Position numbers and translations under genes: made by a program | Shown: one piece after another, positions 55,243 to 64,000 of the stretch | Numbering within the stretch: position 1 is the first letter of the stretch | Layout of the letters: each line of letters starts with the position of its first letter | Assembly: GCF_037042905.1 (NCBI RefSeq) | Contig: NC_087245.1 | Location: forward strand, 32,118,001 to 32,182,000 | Length of the DNA: 64,000 bases | Direction of reading: 5' to 3' | DNA from: Lytechinus pictus | Taxonomy: Eukaryota | The notes under the pieces: model-generated | What the model saw: only the letters and a program-made list of their open reading frames with translations | Databases searched by the model: none | What the model was told of the DNA's origin: nothing

Positions 55243-57142
55243 GGTGATGGTGGTGATGATGTCAATGATGATGATAATGATGATGATGATGATGGTGATG
55301 ATGATAGTGGTGATGTTGATGGTGATAATGATAGTGGTGATGGTGGTAGTGATGATGATGATAACTAATGATTGTGGTGATAATGATGATAATGGTGATG
55401 GTGATAATGATTATGGTGGTGGTGATGATGATGATGGTGATGGTGATAATGATTATGGTGGTGGTGATGATGATGATGGTGATGGGATAATGATTATGGT
55501 GGTGATAATGATGATGATGGTGATGGTGATAATGATTATGGTGGTGGTGATGATGATGATGGTGATGGTGATAATGATTATGGTGGTGGTGATGATGATG
55601 ATGGTGATGGTGATAATGATTATGGTGGTGGTGATGATGATGATGGTGATGGTGATATTGATTATGGTGGTGGTGATGATGATGATGGTGATGGTGATAA
55701 TGATTATGGTGGTGATAATGATGATGATGGTGATGGTGATAATGATTATGGTGGTGATAATGATGATGATGGTGATGGTGATAATGATTATGGTGGTAGT
55801 GATGATGATGATGGTGATGGTGATAATGATTATGGTGGTGGTGATGATGATGATGGTGATGGTGATAATGATTATGGTGGTGGTGATGATGATGATGGTG
55901 ATGGTGATAATGATTATGGTGGTGGTGATGATGGTGATGGTGATAATGATTATGGTGGTGGTGGTGATGATGATGGTGATGGTGATAATGATTATGGTGG
56001 TGGTGATGATGATGATGGTGATGGTGATAATGATTATGGTGGTGATGATGATGGTGATGGTGATAATGATTATGGTGGTGGTGATGATGATGATGGTGAT
56101 GGTGATAATGATTATGGTGGTGGTGATGATGATGATGGTGATGGTGATAATGATTATGGTGGTGGTGATGATGATGATGGTGATAATGATTATGGTGGTG
56201 GTGGTGATGATGATGGTGATGGTGATAATGATTATGGTGGTGGTGATGATGATGATGATGTTGGTGATGGTGATAATGATTATGGTGGTGGTGATGATGA
56301 TGATGGTGATGGTGATAATGATTATGGTGGTGGTGATGATGATGATGGTGATGGTGATATTGATTATGGTGGTGGTGATGATGATGATGATGATGGTGAT
56401 AATGATTATGGTGGTGGTGATGATGATGATGGTGATGGTGATATTGATTATGGTGGTGGTGATGATGATGATGGTGATGGTGATAATGATTATGGTGGTG
56501 ATAATGATGATGATGGTGATGGTGATAATGATTATGGTGGTGGTGATGATGATGATGGTGATGGTGATAATGATTATGGTGGTAGTGATGATGATGATGG
56601 TGATGGTGATAATGATTATGGTGGTGGTGATGATGATGATGGTGATGGTGATAATGATTATGGTGGTGGTGATGATGATGATGGTGATGGTGATAATGAT
56701 TATGGTGGTGGTGATGATGATGATGGTGATGGTGATGGTGATAATGATTATGGTGGTGGTGGTGATGATGATGGTGATGGTGATAATGATTATGGTGGTG
56801 GTGATGATGATGATGGTGATGGTGATAATGATTATGGTGGTGATAATGATGATAATGGTGATGGTGATAATGATTATGGTGGTGGTGATGATGATGATGG
56901 TGATGGTGATAATGATTATGGTGGTGGTGATGATGATGATGGTGATAATGATTATGGTGGTGGTGATGATGATGATGATGATGGTGATAATGATTATGGT
57001 GGTGATGATGATGATGGTGATAATGATTATGGTGGTGGTGATGATGATGATGATGGTGATGGTGATAATGATTATGGTGGTGGTGATGATGATGATGGTG
57101 ATGGTGATAATGATTATGGTGGTGGTGATGATGATGATGGTG
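55243..57142. repeat. 42-bp minisatellite built from GAT/GGT triplets
   Basis: Unit GGTGATGGTGATAATGATTATGGTGGTGGTGATGATGATGAT, about 40 copies. Confidence 0.97.
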
Positions 57143-58951
57143 AAGGTGAGAATGAAACTCAAGACAATGGCATATTTATGTTTGGGTATGTTAAAATCGG
57201 GTATCTACAAAAATGTGTGAGACTTTCAGCAATACATTCAATGTGTTTAATTTCCTCTACTGTCGAGCTATATAGGTTCATAACCACATAGGTTTAATAA
57301 CCACATCCAAAGTAATATCTTTATCAATATCATCAATTCCAATTCAAAATCAACCCAAATAACAAATCTTTTGTACATGGAAATCACACACCAAATGCAC
57401 CTGTTCACTCACTTTCAAAAGTCACCTAATTTATGAGATATTCATTCAAGCAATCCGGGAGGAATTCCCATTATGTGGGTGTCAGTGATACAGTACATTC
57501 CAATCAGATAGTTCGGAGGATGATCATCATTTTCAAAAGACCTTCAACTCAACTTTGTCCTAGTTCATCCACCCACAGAAAGACAAAGCTATCATTATCA
57601 TTTCATAAATGAAGGTTTTTAAAGGACTTGCCTCTTTATTCCTTAAAAAAAAACTTTGACATTTAGAGAAGCTATTACTATACTATCGGGGCTTAAGTCT
57701 ATGTGTCTAAATCACACCATTTGATGGAGAAAATAGGTTGTAGAGACGATAGGGAATCTCAAACCTATTTCTACAAAATTAGAGTGCTGCTATCACATGC
57801 ATTTTGCGTGGAAGACTTCAGAGGACACATTTCTGAGATACATTTAAGATTTTATCTTACTTCCAAATGGGTTGTAAGAGAGGAGATTCCTGCTTCGTTT
57901 CAACAAATTATTTTATTGCATATAAGTCCTAGAGGGGAATAACATTATTGATCACAAAGAAACAAAATTATTTGATTGTATGAACTGAAAAATGGTATTC
58001 TGTCAAACTACAGAACGGGAATTTTCAAATGGAATACATGAAATTTGCAGACATGACATATATCAGTCACAAACGTAAAAAAAAAATGACAAGCAGATCT
58101 ATGATGTATATTTCAGTTTTGTTTCGTGTTCAAAATTTGTACCAGATCAAATAATTGACAAATTTTGAGATTTCCTTTTAATTCCTGAATATAAAACACA
58201 AATTACATCTACGATGCTTCAGAATTTCCCATAAAGGGGAGCATTATTTTGTGTATGATGAATAAATCAGATGATAGGTCAGACAACTTGTCAGAAGTCT
58301 TTGAGGAAAGGGTATGGCGTTAATTCCGAAGTTGAAGGTGGTCATTTCATTGTGTGGAATTCACAGTGAAGCAAATCTCATCGGAGCAAATGTCATGGAA
58401 CCGTCCCGTCTTCTATCAGGAATCCCACGATGAAGGTGCTATGCATCTTCCTGCATTCCCCATTATGTACAGTCTATAGTGACTGTGATGATTTGTAATG
58501 AAAAGCTGCTTGCAGGGTTTGTGCAGGGAAGACACAGCTCTGCGTTTGACATGGTACCTATAACCTATTTCTTTCTACTAGGACAAATTTGTATTGATCA
58601 ATTAAATATGCACACAAGTATGGTGAAGGATAGAAATGACTGATTTTATTCAAGTTTTTCATTTCAAATTTGTATAACAGTTTATGTTTGTATTTGTCAG
58701 TTGTAAACACATAAATAAAAGGATTATCATTTTTTTATATGACTAGGAAAAATGGATTAAACCCAAGTATTTAAGGAATAAAATTCCCCTAAACTGCAGA
58801 CGTCATCACATAAGGTCCCCTGACCACTGCCCCATACAATGCAAAAACATACAATGGGAATTTGAATAGGTCAGGGTTTAAGAACAACCTTTTAACGAAC
58901 AAAAAATGAACGCTGTACCTATACAATGCAAAACATGCAATGGTAACCTAG

Positions 58952-59097
58952 GGCCCCATTTCACAAAACTTCTTGTAATAATAAACTTGCGATAAGAGTT
59001 TAAAGGAACTGAAATCCATCAATATGATTGGCTGACAGTAAACCTGTTACAGAAATTGTGCATTTGTTATTATACCAAGTCTTTATGAAACGGGACG
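58952..59097. mobile_element. Degenerate MITE of the CWG group
   Basis: Ends GGCCCCATTTCACAAAACTT and AAGTCTTTATGAAACGGGAC. Confidence 0.55.
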
Positions 59098-62000
59098 CTG
59101 AATAGGTCACAATCGTATTTGACATGAGCTAAGGGCATGAATTCCCACTGCATGCTAAGCTATAAAGCTAACACTGTCTTGTCCACCTGTTTGAAAATCT
59201 GGGTCATGTATAGATTAGGGCTCCCTCTGGGGTTCATCTACATTCAATCTCATTAGCAGCGACACTCGATGCATGGAGGGTGATAAGATGACGTGAAGAT
59301 GGACAGGGGGACGAGGATGCTAACGGACGATTCATTAGCGCAGAGGTGTACATAGGTAATGACAGGTTGTTAGCATTGTCATTCATGCAAACACACAGTT
59401 CATGATAACAGGCTAATACAATGCATCTTGGCCTATTAAGAAATTAATAGATTGTTGTGACGTCATCTGCGGTATTAGGTGAACTGGGTCAAGCATGTTC
59501 CCACCCTTATCTCAAAGACAATGATAAATTCACTACAAATACCTTAATTAAACTGCAGCTCATAGAGGAAAACATCATACAGACCTGTTTTATGCTAGAT
59601 TTGGAAGTCTCTATGTATCAAATCTGTACAGGTAAACGTTATCCAGTGAATAATAATGAATATAAAGCTCATATATTTTTGTAATAAAATCAATATTGAT
59701 GTAAAAATTACAATTTTTTTCCCCACTTTTACCGTATTCATATGCATAGAGAGGCATTCCACTCAGGTTTTCTTGAGAAACCATAGTATTCCTAAAATGA
59801 GCGCCATACGCAGATCTGTAACATTTAACCCACCATAGGGCAGATTGACCACAGCCTTTCCAGCATGCAATTCCACAGGAATTCATAAAAGTGATGGGAG
59901 TTCTTTGTGTTCTTTGTTTATATTTGTGCATGTGAGAATTCTCAACAAGGGTTTAGTAAAAAAAAGGATTGGTTTTATAGATGCTATCCTATAGCTCTCA
60001 AGTTTATTTTTACCTTGATAGAAAACAAAGTCCACTGCATCTTACTTTAACATTTTACTTGTTACTGACGAAATAGAACTTAAAAGCAAAACATAGTAAT
60101 ATTATTCAATGTGATATCCTACAAAAGTTTAAATCAGATTCAAGTAGACTCATGTATAGAGTGTACAATATGCAAATTCCAGAAACTGTTCAACAATGCA
60201 GAATAATACAATTTGTACAATTTATCAAATGCAACAAACAATTTACACAAACTTTAAAAAAATCAAGGATATTATGCAGTTCTCTCTCCTCTTTCTCCAA
60301 CTTTCTATCATATGTTCTTCACAAAGCTGATTCTCTGCAGATCTTCCTTACTTAATCTTGAGTGTCTGATTTTTATAACTCTCTCTCTCTCCCCCTCCCT
60401 CTCCTTCTCTTCTTCTCTCTCTCTCTCATCTCCAATGACCCTTTCTCTATCCATCTTTTTGCCGTTCTTTTGTAGACTCATCCCTTCCTCACTCCTAAAT
60501 CTCTTGCATCCCGCCTCTTGCTCTCTCTTCCCCCTACCATACTCTCCCTAAAATAAGTTAATACATCCATAAATGCAACATATTTACAGTCCACCAACTC
60601 CACACCACTTATTCCATCTCATTAAATCGGCATCTACGCAGATACGCAACGCATCTCTGATTATCACTCCTCAGCCTCACTCACACATACACACACACAA
60701 AATGGTTGAGTTGCCAAAAGATCACACCACGCATCCTCGTATTCACACATGCTAATATCGCTGCATGGAATAACAGGTCGGCCGAGGCCACGGACGGAAA
60801 ATCCGCAGCTCCTCATGACCAGACTAGCACCTAGAGGAATCGATAGCAACGGGAAAGTATCTCTTTTCGTTAAGTGTCGCCAAAAAGTGCGCATAAAACG
60901 TCTGGCGTGGTCTGCAGCTTGGCAGGTGGGGTGTAGCTGTAAATTAAGGTCTTATTAGCACATCTTCCACGGGTTTGGTGTACCTTTACGCTCGCACCAT
61001 GCATGGGGTCTACATGCAGGTGGTGTAGAAGAACACAGGGTTAAAAACACCTTAGAACTATTCTTATCGAGTCTTTAAAGCTTCGAAGGTCCTAAACATA
61101 AACATATGAACAATCTGGAAAAACAAAGTTTCTCCCACCACTGAATAAATCTCTTTTCCCTCCTGAAAAGACAGAATGCATAAAAGTTACAATTTCTTGT
61201 ACGCATTCACTCTAAGCAGAGGCCAGCTACTCCAGTAAAAACCCAAGTAAATGTTCAAATGAAGTATTTGATTTGCTTTGCCTCTTCCGTGCTGTGAGCT
61301 AGTATTTTCATAAACCTGTTTTTAAAGTTACACACAACTTTACGCAAGACTGAAATATGTTCTGTGGATGTGCTAAAGTCAGCTTTAACATTTGCCACAA
61401 GAAAGGATCACCAGTCGTGCATTGAGTCATTCTTATGAACAGCTTTATGAAACCCCTATAAAACACCTATATTGCCTACACAAACTTTCGCTTTAATACT
61501 TGGCTGCTTTTCATAACAACCGATTCAAGCAAAAAAAAAGGAAAACTATTCTGCGTCATCCCCATGTCCATATCCTTAAGAAAATTGACATATTTTACAT
61601 CTGCCTCCAAAAACATGCTTAGTCCATCTTCATGAAAAAATTATGCCATTTAAAAAAAATATATCTTCTATAACCTCTACATGTACAAATGGACCTACAT
61701 AGAATTGAAATGATCATCATTTTGATCCAAATCTTCATCTTACATTCGTCCACACCAGACCCTATTCATCTTGAAATTGTTACTGTATTGGTCTTTTCCC
61801 TCAATGAAACACTTCTTTTAACAAATCAAATACAATCAAATTATTTTGTTTCTTTGTCTTTATGAACCCTAGGAACCTTAGGGAATTTGAGCTGTTAATT
61901 TTCATTTCAGGTTTGACAAACACGAACTAATTCCAATTTCTGAAGTTAGAATCCAACGGTTGATCCCGATGTACAAACAATTTAATTAATGAATTCCATC

Positions 62001-63489
62001 ACACTACATCTTGGCTGTATAACAACCTTTTCATTCATTTTCTGGACCACGAATCCTTTCATATTTTGATATACAAACATTCAAGATTAACGTTCCGTAA
62101 TCATAAACCTTCGAACTCAAAAGAAGCCTTGAAATATCGTCAGTAATACTTATCTTCAGAAGAAGAAAAAATAACAAGTGGCAAAAAAATTATAGTGGTG
62201 CTTAGGTAGGAGAGCTTTTTATGCTACCTTGTACAACCCTGAGGCAATGTTTCTCATATCCTTTCGAACACAAACAAAAGAATTGCCTTATTCTTAAAGG
62301 TCAGTTGCAGTAATACGGCCACTGGAAAGGTCTTTTCATACTTTAAGCTTATCGCAAAGCCAGAAGAGAGCAAGAAGGGAAATAATGTTATGTAAATTAA
62401 TTGATGGACTTTATTCCAATGGAAAAAATTCCTTGAATGGAATTTTCTAGTAGGGTAAATGATTTAAATCCTTCCGACATTAACAGAGTTCTTGTATTTA
62501 TTGTATTATAGGTTAATATACCTATCAAAACTGTTTATCGTCTGGTTAAGCCGATTATTTTCATTTACAGTACGATAAATCATTATTATTTTTTTTGTAT
62601 AATGCACATGATATACTTCCTGGAATCAAAGATTCCCAAGTCATCGATTGGCAGTTCCTGAAGTCCACAAAGTTTGGTTTCATCTAGAGAATTAACCCAT
62701 TCCCTACTGAACGTGGCGGTTCCTGTACAAAGCCTATGGGGATAAAGAGAGTTCAGGTATGTTAATGGATTATGAGCTTTGAAGGTTTGCGCTTTGAAGG
62801 TTTGCATGGTGGTAAGACTAAATGGAGAGTTTTGTGGTAACACCAGGTAGGTTAGTCCTGAAAAGGTCTGTTAGTTTATCTTTCTGATAGTAGTAGCCCT
62901 GAAATGAACCGTTATTCTCGACGTTTTGGGCAGATATGCTTTGCTCTGTCAGGAGTGAAGACTTAAGCCAAAATGATGAGTACTTATACTATCTGAGGTC
63001 AATGAATTAAACAGCAAGTACAAATCTTGGCTTCAATCACCTTTACATATTCTATCGTGAACTTTGTGATCCATTCTGTCTGTGTTTTGGATTTTTTTTT
63101 TTTATCAGAGCAATATTTTTCATTTACCTTCATCTATCATTTAGCTCAAACCTACACCAGAGGAATTAACTTAATACTAGAAGGTTAGGGTTATATAGGG
63201 TTCTAAGCCAATTCTAATAAAGTAGAGTCTACAGAACAATTCCGTCTAGTATCGAATCAGTATATTGTCATTTCATGTGCACCACTCCAAATTTGGTAAA
63301 ATAATCACTTGGTCTATTCATTATTTTGAATAATGATACATAGTTTTTGGTGTATTTTCTCATTGTAATCCAATACCTGAATAAGATATGAAAACAGTGA
63401 ACCGCCCATTATCTATTTCTTGCCATTAGCTTTACTACCAGTTAGTCTAGTTCTCATATTATCTCAGACCACTTTGGAAAAATACATCA

Positions 63490-64000
63490 TGTCTACTATT
63501 AATTTGGTCCAACTCTGATTTGGTCTAATACCAACTTGGTCTGATTTTAGGCCATCTAATGAGAAAATGAATTGATCACAAATTTTCATTGTAGTTGATA
63601 TCTTGGTAAGATGTGAAAACAGCAATGAGGTGAATTCCTGGATCAACTTATAAACAATGGTAAAGTGCATCAGATTCACTCTCAATTTGATCTAATACCA
63701 ACTTGGTCTAATTTCTATTGTCCCAATGCTATTTTGGTAAGATGTGGAAGAAGCAATGAAGTGAATTCCTGGATCAACTTACAAACAATGATTAAAAACA
63801 TTAGAGCCATTGTCAATTCAGTATAATACCAACTTGGTCTAATTTGCTATGGTTTATTATGATAGAAAAGTTGAATACAAGTTTTCATTGCAGTTGCTTT
63901 CTTAGTAAGATATGAAAACAGCAAGGCAGTGAATTCCTGGACCAATTTACAATCATTAAATGAATCAGATCAAAATGTTGATTCAGTCTAATACCAACTT
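63490..64000. repeat. Degenerate ~130-170 bp tandem repeat running off the window
   Basis: TAATACCAACTT recurs near 63526, 63693, 63825 and 63989; GTGAATTCCTGGA occurs three times. Confidence 0.85.

Noticed and set aside
55163..57220. 685-aa and 569-aa ORFs
   Set aside because: They are translations of a stop-poor triplet minisatellite and have no protein features.

Overview
AT-rich eukaryotic DNA with no recognisable host protein-coding exons. It looks like a large intron or gene desert; the repeat content (Deu-domain SINEs, Harbinger and Kolobok-type MITEs) suggests an echinoderm or other invertebrate deuterostome, which is an inference. The main feature is a structurally complete, apparently intact ~9.8 kb PIF/Harbinger DNA transposon (31880-41705) with 20-bp TIRs and a TAA target-site duplication. 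It carries two convergent, spliced genes. One is a 2-exon DDE transposase (403 aa). The other is a 3-coding-exon Myb/SANT (trihelix-like) DNA-binding protein (317 aa), which I reconstructed by hand from splice signals. Both ends have structured subterminal motif arrays, and the spacer holds a 3x ~320-bp tandem repeat and small nested MITEs. The rest of the window contains tRNA-derived SINEs, many short TIR elements, a truncated CR1/L2-group LINE inside a minisatellite, and microsatellites. Most other ORFs in the track are spurious. The two-gene Harbinger architecture is an established system; only this family and its details could be new.
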